Virus record (IMG/VR): IMGVR_UViG_3300021255_002485
Coordinates: 1 to 64,000 of that record
DNA: 64,000 bases
Direction: 5' to 3' (one strand)
From: a virus
Taxonomy: Duplodnaviria > Caudoviricetes
The translations under genes and the position numbers were made by a program. Shown here in pieces: positions 49,631 to 61,236 of this stretch. Numbering within the stretch: position 1 is the stretch's first letter; each line of letters begins with the position of its first letter. The notes under the pieces were generated by a model, which was given only the letters and a program-made list of their open reading frames with translations, did not search any database and was not told where the DNA came from.

Positions 49631-51007
49631 ATGTCGATAAAAATAGGTCATGCCTCTATAGCAGATAATGGTAAAGTATCCGGTGGAATACCGGGTGATC
49701 AGACCAAAGCCGAAGTATGTATAAGGAAATGGTATAATAAGCCGTGGAGCGTTATGCTTCGTCCTGTTAATGAAGAAATAGCCGAAAAATCAGCAAAAGC
49801 TTGTGAAGCAGGCTGTGCTAATGATTTTATAGGTTATTCACAAGCAAAACGAAACACGTTACATACACAGGCGATAATTGCCAATTATGATTTATCTAAA
49901 ATATCCGTTCCTTGCGAAACAGATTGTTCAGCTTTTATGACGGTATGTGCTATAGCGGGTGGAGTAAAGGAACTCGAATATACGGGGAATGCTCCGACTA
50001 CGAGCACAATGGTAGATATTTTTACGAAGACAGGTAAGTATAAGAGTTATACAGATAGTAAATATTTGACGAGCGACAAATATCTCAAACGTGGAGATAT
50101 TCTTGTTAAGCCCGGTTCTCATGCTGTCATGGTGATAGAGAATGGAACTAACATTTCTGAAAAGAATACTAACATTTCTTCACTCTCCTATCCTTGTAAG
50201 GGTATAGACGTTGCTGCGTGGCAAACAGGATTGGACTATAACAAACTGAAACAAGGTGGCGTTCAATTTGCAATTTTAAAGATTATTCGTAAAGATGGAA
50301 ATCCCGATGGACAATTCGAGAATCATTATAAGGGTTTTACACAAGCAGGGATTCCTGTCGTCGGTGTGTATAATTACGTATATTCCGTAAATGTTGAATC
50401 TGCTAAAATAACCGCCCAAAAGGTTATAAGAATATTAAACGGAAGAAAACTTCCTGTTTGCATGGATGTAGAAGATAAATGTTTACAAGGTTTAGGGGAA
50501 CGACTGATAGATATAATCAATGGATATCAAGAAGTAGTGAAAGGCGCAGGTCTTCCATTTGTTTTATATACGGGTATGTCGTTCTGGAATTCATATATTA
50601 AGCCATATCAAGCCAAGCTGAGGAGCAAGAATAATTGGATAGCGAGATATTACAACGGATACAACGAAATGAATATATCTCAAACTCCCAATAATAAATA
50701 TAAGCCAACTATGCCGAATTTAGCAGGTTGGCAATATACATCTTCGTTAGCTATTTCTGGTAGCCCCGGAAGACTTGATGGAGATATTTTATATTCTTCT
50801 TTACAAAATCGTGTTGCTGATAAACAACAACGCGGTATTGTTAAAGCGAACACTCTTCGTGTTCGAGAGCAACCTAATACAAATTGTGCAACCCTCGGAT
50901 ATCTAAAACGAGGTGAAATGGTATATATCACTAGCACCGATCCTCAAACCGGATGGTATAACATCGGGAGTGGTTGGGTTTCTAATGTATATATAGATTT
51001 AGTCTAA
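49631..51007 (+). CDS. endolysin: CHAP/NlpC-like peptidase + GH25 muramidase + SH3b
   Basis: ETDCSAF...GDILVKPGSHAVMV, then GIDVAAWQ...MDVED...WQYTS...DGD, then LRVREQPNT...GWVS. Confidence 0.85.
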   Translation: MSIKIGHASIADNGKVSGGIPGDQTKAEVCIRKWYNKPWSVMLRPVNEEIAEKSAKACEAGCANDFIGYSQAKRNTLHTQAIIANYDLSKISVPCETDCSAFMTVCAIAGGVKELEYTGNAPTTSTMVDIFTKTGKYKSYTDSKYLTSDKYLKRGDILVKPGSHAVMVIENGTNISEKNTNISSLSYPCKGIDVAAWQTGLDYNKLKQGGVQFAILKIIRKDGNPDGQFENHYKGFTQAGIPVVGVYNYVYSVNVESAKITAQKVIRILNGRKLPVCMDVEDKCLQGLGERLIDIINGYQEVVKGAGLPFVLYTGMSFWNSYIKPYQAKLRSKNNWIARYYNGYNEMNISQTPNNKYKPTMPNLAGWQYTSSLAISGSPGRLDGDILYSSLQNRVADKQQRGIVKANTLRVREQPNTNCATLGYLKRGEMVYITSTDPQTGWYNIGSGWVSNVYIDLV

Positions 51008-51032
51008 TTACTCAAGAAAGGAGGATACGGCG

Positions 51033-51701
51033 ATGCTAACAATCAAGATGCTTTCGGATAAATCACTTGTAATTACACAGCCCGTCAATCTCTATCAGAG
51101 GCAGAGTTTAGTAGATAATATGCAAATATTGATTAAACCCGACTTCAATGGCATTGATCTTACTAATTATACTGCCACCTTGGAGTGGATTGACCCCGCT
51201 AATGTAGCTCATATAGAGATACTGAATAAGGACGAAGAATTATATAATGACCAATTCTTGCGTTATACGCTTGACGTAGATTCTAAATTTACGTATATGG
51301 CTGGGGATAATACAATGAAAGTCACGCTTTCGTATAGTGATGAATCTGAAGGCAAGAAATATGTGCTTAAAACGGGCGAAGTGGTCGTGAAAGTACTTAA
51401 GCTTAACGATTATTTTGTTTATGCAGACGAAAGTAGCATGACAAGCATCGATAACAAGATTATGGAATTACAGACACAAGCAGATAAGATTGCGGCTGTG
51501 GCTGGAATATACGCAGAAAGCGTTCCAGATGATGTACAGATGGACGATAATGCATTACTTCAGCTTTCAATCAATGGAACTCCCATTGGTAATGGTGTTC
51601 AGCTTGCAAGTGCAGTGGATGAAGATGACGGAAAGGATGATGGAGTCATTGACCTCGATGACTCTGAAGAAGTAGAAACAGTGGCTATTATAGATTTATA
51701 A
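51033..51701 (+). CDS. BppU-like virion protein
   Basis: Strong RBS, beta-rich N-terminal domain and acidic tail. Confidence 0.5.
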   Translation: MLTIKMLSDKSLVITQPVNLYQRQSLVDNMQILIKPDFNGIDLTNYTATLEWIDPANVAHIEILNKDEELYNDQFLRYTLDVDSKFTYMAGDNTMKVTLSYSDESEGKKYVLKTGEVVVKVLKLNDYFVYADESSMTSIDNKIMELQTQADKIAAVAGIYAESVPDDVQMDDNALLQLSINGTPIGNGVQLASAVDEDDGKDDGVIDLDDSEEVETVAIIDL

Positions 51702-51714
51702 GAAAGGAGAAAAC

Positions 51715-52536
51715 ATGGCGAAGATTAAGCAAGCGATTCCCGCTTTCTGTCGCGGTAAAGAAGAAGCACTTATAGCCGCGATATCTGAGGGTGGACGTTT
51801 TTATCCTTTGAATAGAATCATATGGTGCTGGATTTCAGAGGGTGACAGAAAAGGACAACTTGCTATGGTCACCCCCTCTTTAATAGAGGGCGAAGATCCG
51901 ATTGTTGAGTATATGGTCGGAGACAATTCAGAGCAAGTTCAAGTTGTCGAAACTCTTCCGTCTGAGGTAACCGCAGAAACAAACGTTCTGTATATTGTCG
52001 GTAATGCAGGATATGTTTATAACGGAACGAAATTTGTGAAACTGTTCGATATGACTCAAATGTCAGATTTAGAGGTTAGTATTGATTCGCTCCGTACTGA
52101 TTTTACGGATTTTACTGTTACCTTATCTACATGGCAAGAGGCAGCTGAACAGGACATTTCAAATTTGCTTGACAGCGTAACTATCCTTAACAATAAATCT
52201 GATGAATACGAGGAACGTATTCGGGCTAATGCAACAGGTATCGACGGATTAACTACGAGAGTTGACAGCATAGATACTGATATTACTGATATTCGAAACG
52301 AAATCTCTGATATTGATAGTAGAATACAAGGCTTGCAAGAGCAGGATACTGAATTTGCTCAATCCATTGCGACTATAAGATCCGATTTAACCGCTCTTCA
52401 AGAGCGTGTCACAACGGTCGAAAATGACGTTTCTGAATTAAAGGATACATTACAAAATGACTATATGGATACTCCAGCAACAAATCTCGCTATAAATCAA
52501 GCTGTAGCGAGTGCTATGGAACTTATTGATTTTTAA
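51715..52536 (+). CDS. fibre-like coiled-coil protein
   Basis: VETLP....NVLYIV motif and heptad repeats. Confidence 0.55.
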   Translation: MAKIKQAIPAFCRGKEEALIAAISEGGRFYPLNRIIWCWISEGDRKGQLAMVTPSLIEGEDPIVEYMVGDNSEQVQVVETLPSEVTAETNVLYIVGNAGYVYNGTKFVKLFDMTQMSDLEVSIDSLRTDFTDFTVTLSTWQEAAEQDISNLLDSVTILNNKSDEYEERIRANATGIDGLTTRVDSIDTDITDIRNEISDIDSRIQGLQEQDTEFAQSIATIRSDLTALQERVTTVENDVSELKDTLQNDYMDTPATNLAINQAVASAMELIDF

Positions 52537-52550
52537 GGAGGAGATTTATC

Positions 52551-52973
52551 GTGGCTACCGTAAGCTTTGTATCAACCTCCTCGGATAAATTAAATAAACT
52601 TGCTGTAAAAAATGGACAAATGATATTTGTGCAAGATGAACGTGCCATATATATGGATAATAATGGCGTTAGGACATCTTATCAGCAAATAATCACACTG
52701 AACACAGAAGCAGCAAGGACTTCATTAGCTTATCCGCTGAGAGGATTCTATTTTATCAAAGAAACATTACAACTGTGGGAATATGATTCGGGTTGGACTC
52801 AAATCACTCAAACTCCCAAACAACAGATTGTTTTTGATTCTTACGCAAACTTCCCACATCCCGGTGATCCAGAAGTAATATATATTGATGAAACCAATAT
52901 GTATAGATACATAAATGGACAATATCAACGTATGAACTCTTCTTCTGGCGGGTCTATATGGGTGGAAATATAA
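52551..52973 (+). CDS. virion-associated hypothetical protein
   Basis: GTG start with AGGAGG RBS. N-terminus resembles that of 46823-47206. Confidence 0.5.
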   Translation: MATVSFVSTSSDKLNKLAVKNGQMIFVQDERAIYMDNNGVRTSYQQIITLNTEAARTSLAYPLRGFYFIKETLQLWEYDSGWTQITQTPKQQIVFDSYANFPHPGDPEVIYIDETNMYRYINGQYQRMNSSSGGSIWVEI

Positions 52974-53035
52974 GTAAGGTAACTAAGCACCATAACAAGG
53001 TGCTTTTTTAATGCATTAAGAAAGGAGCCAAAATT

Positions 53036-54508
53036 ATGGCAAACGTAAATTTTTATGATGTACTCGCAAAGGACGGTCAGACAGCAGCTGAGAGATTCGC
53101 TGGTCTTACAAAGGATGGCGGTTCGTTCTACACAGTAGGTACAGACATCTATCTTGGCGATCAGAAGCTGAATAATGCAGCTGATCTTGCTACGGCTATA
53201 GCTAATATCGCGCAGAACGCTGCTGATATTGCCAACATCAATGCTACTCTTACGAAGCTTGAGAATACCGAATCTACAAGTGGTTCTATCAGAAATATCA
53301 TAAAGGGATATCTCGATGGACTTAATGGTGGTGCTGCCGTTGCTTCACAGTCTGGAAAGGCTATAACTATAGCTAGTTCTATAGCCGAGGTTGGTGGTGT
53401 TATCAGCGTAACTGGTGCTCCTATCACTCTTGCTGACGTTGCATCAACAGGCGCAGCTGAGGACGTATCTTATGATAATAGCGATTCTGGTCTTACTGCT
53501 ACTTCTGTACAGGCGGCAATCGACGAAGTTGCTAATCAGAGTGCAGGCGGAGTAGGCTCAAAGACAATTTATCTTCAGGACGAGTCTGCTGGACAGGCTG
53601 ATTATGCAAAGGTTTATAAGGTGTATCAAGGTGCAGATGCTTCTGATATGTCAGAGAATACTCTTGTTGGAACAATCAACATTCCCAAGGATCTCGTTGT
53701 TCAGAGCGGTCATATCGTAACTGTTGAATCGGGACAGGATTCCGATGGTGATTCTACAACTGTAGCAGATGGTAAATACATCAAGCTTGTGATTCAGAAT
53801 CAGACTGATCCTCTGTACATCAACGTTGCTGATCTTGTTGATGAGTATACTGCTGCTCAGAATGCTCCTCAAGTTCAGCTTGCTATATCTGCTACAAATG
53901 AGATAAGCGCAACTATCGTAGCTGGCTCTATCACTGCTACAGAACTTGCTGCTGATGCAGTTACAACCGCAAAGATCCTTGACGCTAACGTAACAAAGGC
54001 TAAGCTTGCACAGAGCGTTCAGAATAGCCTTGATGCGGCTGATAGCGCAGTTCAGAGTGTTACAGAAGGTGCTACCGCAGGTACAATCTCCGTTGATGGT
54101 ACTGATGTAGCTGTACACGGTCTTGCTAATGTAGCTACAAGTGGTGCAGCAACTGATGTTGTATATAGTTCTATTCTCTCTGTAGGTGGTGCTATTGACG
54201 ATATCTATACACAGCTTGGTGGAAGCGGTTCTGTAGCTCAGCAGATAGAGGATGCTATAAACGAACTTGATGGTTCTGCTGCGATCGCTACAAAGAGTGG
54301 TAATGCCGTAACCATTAAGGCAGGAGTAACTGAGACGGACGGTGTTATTTCTAATGCCGCTGGTACTGATATAACACTTGCTGACGTAGCTGTTACCGGA
54401 ACCGCTGCTGATGTGGCCATAGCTGACTCAGGTAACTACTTCGCTACTGATACTGTCGAGGATGCTCTTCAGGCCATTGCATTGCGCCTCACATGGCAGG
54501 AGGTATAA
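53036..54508 (+). CDS. Ala/Thr/Gly-rich fibre or capsid appendage protein
   Basis: Repeated LADVA.TGAA.DV modules, strong RBS, downstream terminator at 54535-54563. Confidence 0.6.
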   Translation: MANVNFYDVLAKDGQTAAERFAGLTKDGGSFYTVGTDIYLGDQKLNNAADLATAIANIAQNAADIANINATLTKLENTESTSGSIRNIIKGYLDGLNGGAAVASQSGKAITIASSIAEVGGVISVTGAPITLADVASTGAAEDVSYDNSDSGLTATSVQAAIDEVANQSAGGVGSKTIYLQDESAGQADYAKVYKVYQGADASDMSENTLVGTINIPKDLVVQSGHIVTVESGQDSDGDSTTVADGKYIKLVIQNQTDPLYINVADLVDEYTAAQNAPQVQLAISATNEISATIVAGSITATELAADAVTTAKILDANVTKAKLAQSVQNSLDAADSAVQSVTEGATAGTISVDGTDVAVHGLANVATSGAATDVVYSSILSVGGAIDDIYTQLGGSGSVAQQIEDAINELDGSAAIATKSGNAVTIKAGVTETDGVISNAAGTDITLADVAVTGTAADVAIADSGNYFATDTVEDALQAIALRLTWQEV

Positions 54509-54728
54509 TTCCTATCTGTATTATAGGATATAATGGAGAGGGTTGATCCCCTCTCCTATTTTTTGAAAAGGGAGATGATAATCGTGGAGAAAGAGGAAAT
54601 TGACTACAAGGAATTTATAAAAAGATTGAATCTGCCGGACGATAAAATCTCACTTTTATTGTATGACTTATATAAATATGATTTAGCAGAAGATAAAAAG
54701 GAAAATATGGATAGGAGTATGTCAGACA

Positions 54729-55220
54729 ATGAGCAGCATGATTGATTTAATCGAGGCAGTGTCAGAATCTCCGTTCACTTCAGTAATAGCTATCTTGCTT
54801 TTTATCGCAGCTATTAAAGGATTGTATGAATTTGTCAAATGGATCAAAACTGAATTGAACGCATGGTATCTGAATAAGAATACTGAAGATAAAAAGGAAG
54901 AAAATATAGACCAGAGAATAGAAAAACTAGAAACGGAGAACTCTTTACAGTTTGAAAAGCTGCAATCGCTTGAAGATTCTATGATAATTGTAAATGATAC
55001 ACTAGCAAATATACAGGAAAACATGAGATTACAAACAGTTGTGTCCCTTCGAGCTGAAATCCTTCGTATCTGGCATGAAGTTGTAGCCCAAGGATATATC
55101 ACACAAGCTCAATATGAGGTTTTTCAAGGATTGAGTGAAGTATATTTGGAAAATAAAGGAAATGGTCTATTTAGAAATAAAATCATACCGGAAATTGAGA
55201 AATTGGAAGTCCGGGATTAG
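54729..55220 (+). CDS. holin-like single-TM coiled-coil protein
   Basis: N-terminal TM helix and coiled coil, last gene of the late operon. Confidence 0.5.
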   Translation: MSSMIDLIEAVSESPFTSVIAILLFIAAIKGLYEFVKWIKTELNAWYLNKNTEDKKEENIDQRIEKLETENSLQFEKLQSLEDSMIIVNDTLANIQENMRLQTVVSLRAEILRIWHEVVAQGYITQAQYEVFQGLSEVYLENKGNGLFRNKIIPEIEKLEVRD

Positions 55221-55458
55221 GAAATTAGGATTATCTTGTTATATTACGGGGTAATCCTTTTTTTACGGTTCAATTTGTGATATACTGAAAATCCTTCGTT
55301 TTATTGACAGAACTGTCATAGGAAATTCGGTGGGCTTCGGTCTGCCGTTTTTTCTTTATCCTTCGTTTAAGGCGGTTCTCGTCCATTTTAAGACGTTTTT
55401 GTGTTTCAGGGTATATTTGTTAGATTTGAATATTAGAAAACTCTCTACGTCGATTCGA

Positions 55459-55619
55459 GAGGTGACCAAGGAGGTGACTAAAGAATATCGAAGTCGCAAA
55501 CCCCCTTTCTTACTGATGTTTTTTAGTGGAGTAGACGGGAGTCGAATTTTTCTACACCCTCTAAACCCTTGAAAATACTACATTCTTGTTTCCCATTTGG
55601 AGGTGACCAGAGGTGACCT
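55459..55619. other. attP site: core 55526-55546 flanked by GAGGTGACYA arm repeats
   Basis: Core reverse complement TTCGACTCCCGTCTACTCCAC is a T-loop plus acceptor strand. Arm repeats at 55459, 55471, 55600 and 55610. Abuts the integrase 3' end. Confidence 0.8.
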
Positions 55620-56829
55620 ACTGTACTGCTTTTAAGAATTCTTCCGTATACTTCTTAAACTCCACATCACGCTTGTAACTCATAGTGGTCGATAAATTAA
55701 GATGTCCGCTATTTCGTTGTACAATGTTATCTGGTATTCCAGCCTCCAAACTTGCTGATATAACAAATCTTCGTGTGTCATGTGATGTATGAGGCTCTAT
55801 ACCTATAGCTTGGCAATATTTCTGAATATGTTCATTGTAATGATTAGTATTCAGCGGATGCCCTAAATGATTTACGCAAATTAGCTCATCATTTAGATTC
55901 AATTCCCGTAAGCGTTCTAATGCCCATATCGCATTATCTGATAACGGTAATGTTCTATTGCCTTTTGCGTCCTTAGCCTTGGTATGCTTCAACACCACTT
56001 GTTTGTTTTTTCCATCATCCTGCCGTCGCTTAACCATCTGCTTATGAATGAATATCGTCCGTTTAACCCGATCATAATCATCCCATGTCAATGCTTTAAT
56101 CTCGCCTACTCGACAACCTAAACTGAATTGTAAGATAAGGATCAAAGCATACACATCATCTGGCTTCGTCAGTAAATATTCAATCAGAGTCTTCTTCTCT
56201 TCGGTACTGAAATAATCTTTTTTTCTGATTTCTCCAACGCCAAAGGTTAAATTTTTAGTAGAAATGTTCTTGGATATATTAAGCGGAACGATATTGTTAC
56301 CTACTGCGTAGTCGTAAACCTCATTGATAATGGATTTAACGTTTGTAAAACATCTTCTCGTCATAATGCCATCTCCTACTAATTCTCTGTAGAACATTAG
56401 AAGTTCGTATGATGTTATTTCTTCAATAGGTTTATTTGCGATTTTTGAATCTTTAAGATATTTATTCCAATCAGATAGGTTCCGGGAAATGGTTTCAGAG
56501 GATCTAAACTTTCGTTTATCTTTAATCCACTTTTCAAACAAACTGCTTATATTTGGCGGCTTCTCTATTTTATCCAGATAGTATTCATACAGCTTTTCAT
56601 ATAGCGACGCTTGATTTTTTGCTGTAATAGCTCGTCCGTCTGGCAGTTTAGTTTGTTTGAGACCGTTTTTTCTCGTACAAATCGCATAATGATGGTATTC
56701 ATTTATTATTTTTTCAATGTTCGCATCTCTCATCTCACAAATATTTGCGACTTCGATATCTGATATTGTATCATCATCAAGTAAATTTTCCAAATATTCT
56801 ATGCGAGAGATGATTTTTTGAACATTCAA
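55618..56829 (-). CDS. int: phage integrase (tyrosine recombinase)
   Basis: GCRVGEIKALTWDD, HTSHDTRR and SGHLNLSTTMSY motifs. Adjacent to attP. Confidence 0.9.
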   Translation of the reverse strand: MNVQKIISRIEYLENLLDDDTISDIEVANICEMRDANIEKIINEYHHYAICTRKNGLKQTKLPDGRAITAKNQASLYEKLYEYYLDKIEKPPNISSLFEKWIKDKRKFRSSETISRNLSDWNKYLKDSKIANKPIEEITSYELLMFYRELVGDGIMTRRCFTNVKSIINEVYDYAVGNNIVPLNISKNISTKNLTFGVGEIRKKDYFSTEEKKTLIEYLLTKPDDVYALILILQFSLGCRVGEIKALTWDDYDRVKRTIFIHKQMVKRRQDDGKNKQVVLKHTKAKDAKGNRTLPLSDNAIWALERLRELNLNDELICVNHLGHPLNTNHYNEHIQKYCQAIGIEPHTSHDTRRFVISASLEAGIPDNIVQRNSGHLNLSTTMSYKRDVEFKKYTEEFLKAVQ

Positions 56830-59800
56830 TTATTCCTCCTTTTCCGTGAACGCTTCACAATGACCATCCTTATCCACTTCCTGTATCCATCCATCACCCT
56901 CCCTTATGTGGAGAAGTACATCACAAGCGTAGGAATGCTCAAAACCGTACATTTTTGTAAAGTTATGCTTTAACGGATGGGAGTATTTACAGTTTTTGCA
57001 TTTATCGGTCATGTCTCCTCCTGTATCTGCTTCAACACTTCCTCTATAGCGTCAAAGTGTCTGCCTGTCTTTGTAACATCATTCTTATGAAGTGATTGTG
57101 GCACATCATACGCATTATTTAATACGCTGATTTCTTCATGGTATTTTGATTTACCTACGACAACACCTTTTACTCCGTCCCTATATACTACCTCATCCCC
57201 GACCTTTATCTCATCCTGCTTCTCTCCTATTGCTTCCAGTTTGGCTATGGCTTCTGATGCCGAATTACAACCAAATATATCAGTATCACCGCATTCATTG
57301 AATATTCGATATTGCTCTTGGATGGTCATTATTGATATCCTCCTTGCCGCTTCCCATGCCTCATTTAGTCCTCTCTCATATTCAGCTTCGAGTAAGTCCT
57401 TATCATAATCTACTATCATTTGAGCTGACTTGCTTTCCCCATTCTTCCGGGCTTCATAACCCTGTTTATATCCTCTCTCGTAATCGGAAGATTCATACTT
57501 TTCGCCTCTAATAACTGCACCATACCCACCACTTGCATTACAGTCGTTCCTCGGATATTCATGCTCCCAAGGGAGCGTATACGGTTCATCATAAGGGCTA
57601 ATATCGGCAGCTTTGACAGATTCCTCTGTGGCTTTGTGAGGATCTGTAGCAGGGACTAAATCATCTTCCTCATACCATCCCATACTTGACCCGTTTTTGA
57701 CTATCTCACACTGATATACTCCAACATCAGATACTCTATATACAGTTCCTAACCCGTCCTTCAACTTTACTTTATCTCCTATTTTGAATTTCATTCTTCT
57801 ACCTCCTCATATTTTCCAATCAAACACCGGAGCATCATACAACAAGATGATAATATCGCCTGATGTATATGTGATAGTGCAAGTCATTCTTCTACCTCCT
57901 GATCTGTAGATTTTGTAACAAAATCAATAATTCTAAGGACCGAATCAATATGACTTGCAATACTTTCTAATTCGTCTCTTCTGCTTCGAATGCTGTTAGC
58001 TTTTTTAGCCATATTATAGAATGGTTCAATATTTAATTCGTCTCCTACATCTACTTTGAATTCATCGCTGTAGTGAGAATATAATCCTTGAAGATTCGCA
58101 ATTTCATCTCTTGTCGCCGCTATGATATAACCATCTTCACTTTTTCCTATCACTTTCATTCTTCCTGCTCCTTATCTGCATCTATTATTGTTGGTGCAAA
58201 ACATTCTATAGATCCATCATCCCAAGCAAATGTGCCTGTTACCTGTGATTCATCTATAATCCGTCCGTGACCTTTTGGAAGAGGTGTACTGTTCATCAAC
58301 GCATCTTTCATTTCCATACAAGATAATGCCGTCCATTGTTCCAATTCAAAATCTTTCTTTAACCCTTCAGGTATCTTAATTACTAATTCTATATCTGCCA
58401 TATTCATTCCCCACTTTCTCTCCACACTTCCCTTAATTCAGCACCACAATAACAAGGTCTATGGTCTATAATACTCACAGTTAATCTACATCTAACATCA
58501 TCAATAATATCCTTTGAATAAGATATATCCTGCTTCAGTTCTCCTCTTATCCTCTCTTCCATTAATAAATCTGCTAATATATCTGGTGTAAGTGGAGTGC
58601 CGTTCTTAATTGCGTTGTAAGTTCGGTCATCTAAAATACCACTATATTCTCCATTTTGAATCGCCACCCAGATACTTTTGGGTATCTTAATTGCTAACTT
58701 TACATCTGACATTTGTTTATTCCTCACTTTCCTTATATCAACGATTATGGTCTATAAGGTCATCAACAGACCTTTGTTTATCTGGCGGAAATTTATCATA
58801 ATTGTCTTCCAACCATTTTTTCTGTTCATCCGAAAGATATATAATCTTGTCATTATCATCTAAATGACCAATAAGTCCGTACACATCACGTGCTCTTACA
58901 ATGATATAACCTAATTTCTGTAGATATTTTTCGCATGTAATACCATTCTTGTGTGCGTATTCACTATTAAGTTTTTCAGCAATTTCTTTTGCTAAATCAA
59001 GATGTTCATAGCTTTCACATTCTATAAAACTACCATTTGGGCTTAAAATGCCTGTGTAGTTCATATCTATTTTTTCCTTTCTTTTTTGTATTTGTTGATG
59101 ATATTAAGTACAATATTTATCCCTGCTTCAAAACATTCAACATCCCTTATATGACCGTTAATTTCAATTTGCTCTATCTCAGATCTTATCTTGTCCAGTA
59201 CATCATTCTTTCCGTCCTTGTATCCTTGCATATAATTCTGTTCTTTAGTCATAGATTTTATTTCGATTTCAGATATTTCTGTCATTCCTTATTCCTCACT
59301 TTCTATTCACATAAGCTCCAACAATGCTTATCATTAAAGCAATTATGGATATAATTAAAGCTGTCATTCCTTATCCTCACTTTCTGCCACGATATAATAG
59401 CCATCTGATGTTGTATCGCTTGAAAGAATAATTACAAATCCAGCATTTTCAAGTGCTTCAACAACTTTGTTATAATAATCAGCACTCTTGTTTATTGTCA
59501 GTTCTCCTAATTGTTTTAACATTTTTTATCCTCACTTTCTCATATTTAACCACCAGTTAGATAATTCAGTATAACAATCATTGCACAAATCATGTTCAGA
59601 GTTTTGATTATATGGATTTGTCACAAGATAAAGATTCCGTTTTTCTTTTTCGCTGCATTTCATTTCAAATAGTTTTCCACACCGATCACATTTAAATGCA
59701 TTACTCATTTTCTTTCCTCCTTATTTTCTGCCTGTCTTTGCAAGGCATCATAATAACCTTTTCTATATGCCTTTTCTAATGCACTTACATTTTGTATAGC

Positions 59801-61209
59801 AGTTTCCCATTTTTCTGTTACATCTTCACCATACAATGTATAGTTAATAGCATAAAGATATGCAGTTGCTATTACCATAGGTGGCATCTTTGATAATTCA
59901 TCTATTAGCTGTTTGCTCTCATATTTCCGTATCTTCTGTTCCTTGCTCATCATTCTTCCACCTCCTGCATCTTGCAACCGCAATTAGGGCAATGTGCGTG
60001 TTTCAATGCGTCATTATATCCTTTTAAATATATAGATTGTATAAGGCTTTCTATTGCTTGATTCATTGTATCCGTGGTATCTATTGATTTTTTAAATAGT
60101 TCCTTTACTTCTTCAAAACTCATCTTTTATCCTCCAATGTTCTCGGTTCATTTCCATCCTTCTGCATTCTGCATCTTTGCTCCGCAGTTAGGGCAGAATT
60201 TTGGCTGCCAATCTGACCATACGTCCGCATCCAAATCCTTAAACTTATCCTCACCGCAACAAGGACATATACGGTCTCCATCTGTCCATTTTCCCGTCTT
60301 CTGCTGTGGTGTGACGACTTTTTTAACCTCTTCTATCACTTTGTCTATTTCATCATATTTTTTAGCAAATCCCAAAGCCATGCCAAATTGAAATGCTGTT
60401 GTAATATCTTCATACTTACAAGGTTCTTGCTCTAATGCTTTAATACCCTCTTCCGTGGCGAATTTTATGCCCTCCTCCGTAGAGTAGAGGAAGTATAAGA
60501 ATGCATTATCATGTAGCCACCGTAATGTAGTTATAGCTCTTTCTTTTTCTTCTCTTGTCATATCTTCACTCCTCCACATTCAAATTAAATATATCTTTTA
60601 TGTGCTTGGCACAAAATGTACCACCTACATCACCAAGGTTTGGTAATTTCTCGAATTGGATATTATATAGGTCTTTTGATTCACATTTATATATTCCACA
60701 GTGACAAGGTTCACCACCTAATATCTTTTGGATATGTATGGTCAAATCTCCTCTTGTCATTGGGATATGATTTTTTACGATGTTCATATATCATCACCTC
60801 TCAAATAAAATTAACATTTTATTGTATATTTTAATTATTGCGTTTATATTGCACGAATATCTAATTTCTTCATTTCTTTGGCAATATTTTTGTTGATAAT
60901 GTCGTTGATCTTATCATGTGCTCCACTTTCATCGTAATACCATGGACCATAACAACCTTTTGATCCAGCATCGAAAACATCAACTCGGATTTCTCCTGTC
61001 TCCTGCCATAATAGGAGACGGGCTTCAAGGGTTACAGCAGCATGATATCTATATACCGGAAATACGTGTTCATATATAGTTTCATCGTCACTACTCATGC
61101 TACGAACATGTCTAAAAAAATACATATTCAGTTTATACTGATTTGTATCTTTCATCACGTATTTCTTGTCTTTGTCAAATTTTTTCATATCTGTACCTTT
61201 ATAATACAT
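56830..61209 (-). other. array of roughly 18 small, translationally coupled early hypothetical genes (e.g. 57009-57794, 57884-58159, 58738-59064, 60148-60561 with zinc ribbon, 60844-61209)
   Basis: ORF track plus hand-found ORFs 59296-59367, 59364-59522 and 59532-59708. ATGA overlaps and strong RBSs. Two paralogues begin MADIELVIKIP and MSDVKLAIKIP. Confidence 0.6.
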
Positions 61210-61236
61210 CCCGTCCTCCTAATATGTCAACAACTT

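Noticed and set aside
1124-54420. Many short opposite-strand or alternate-frame ORFs inside long genes (e.g. 1943-2347, 4487-4900, 33914-34234, 53651-54118)
   Set aside because: These are shadow ORFs with no RBS, no promoter and no plausible composition.
55526-55546. tRNA or tmRNA gene
   Set aside because: Only the T-loop and 3' acceptor strand are present, consistent with an att core.
55330-55572. 80-aa ORF across attP
   Set aside because: It overlaps the att core and arm sites, has a weak start, and has no recognisable features.
55459-55619. CRISPR-like repeats (GAGGTGAC)
   Set aside because: The 10-bp units have no regular spacers and fit integrase arm sites. No CRISPR array or cas gene was seen in the window.
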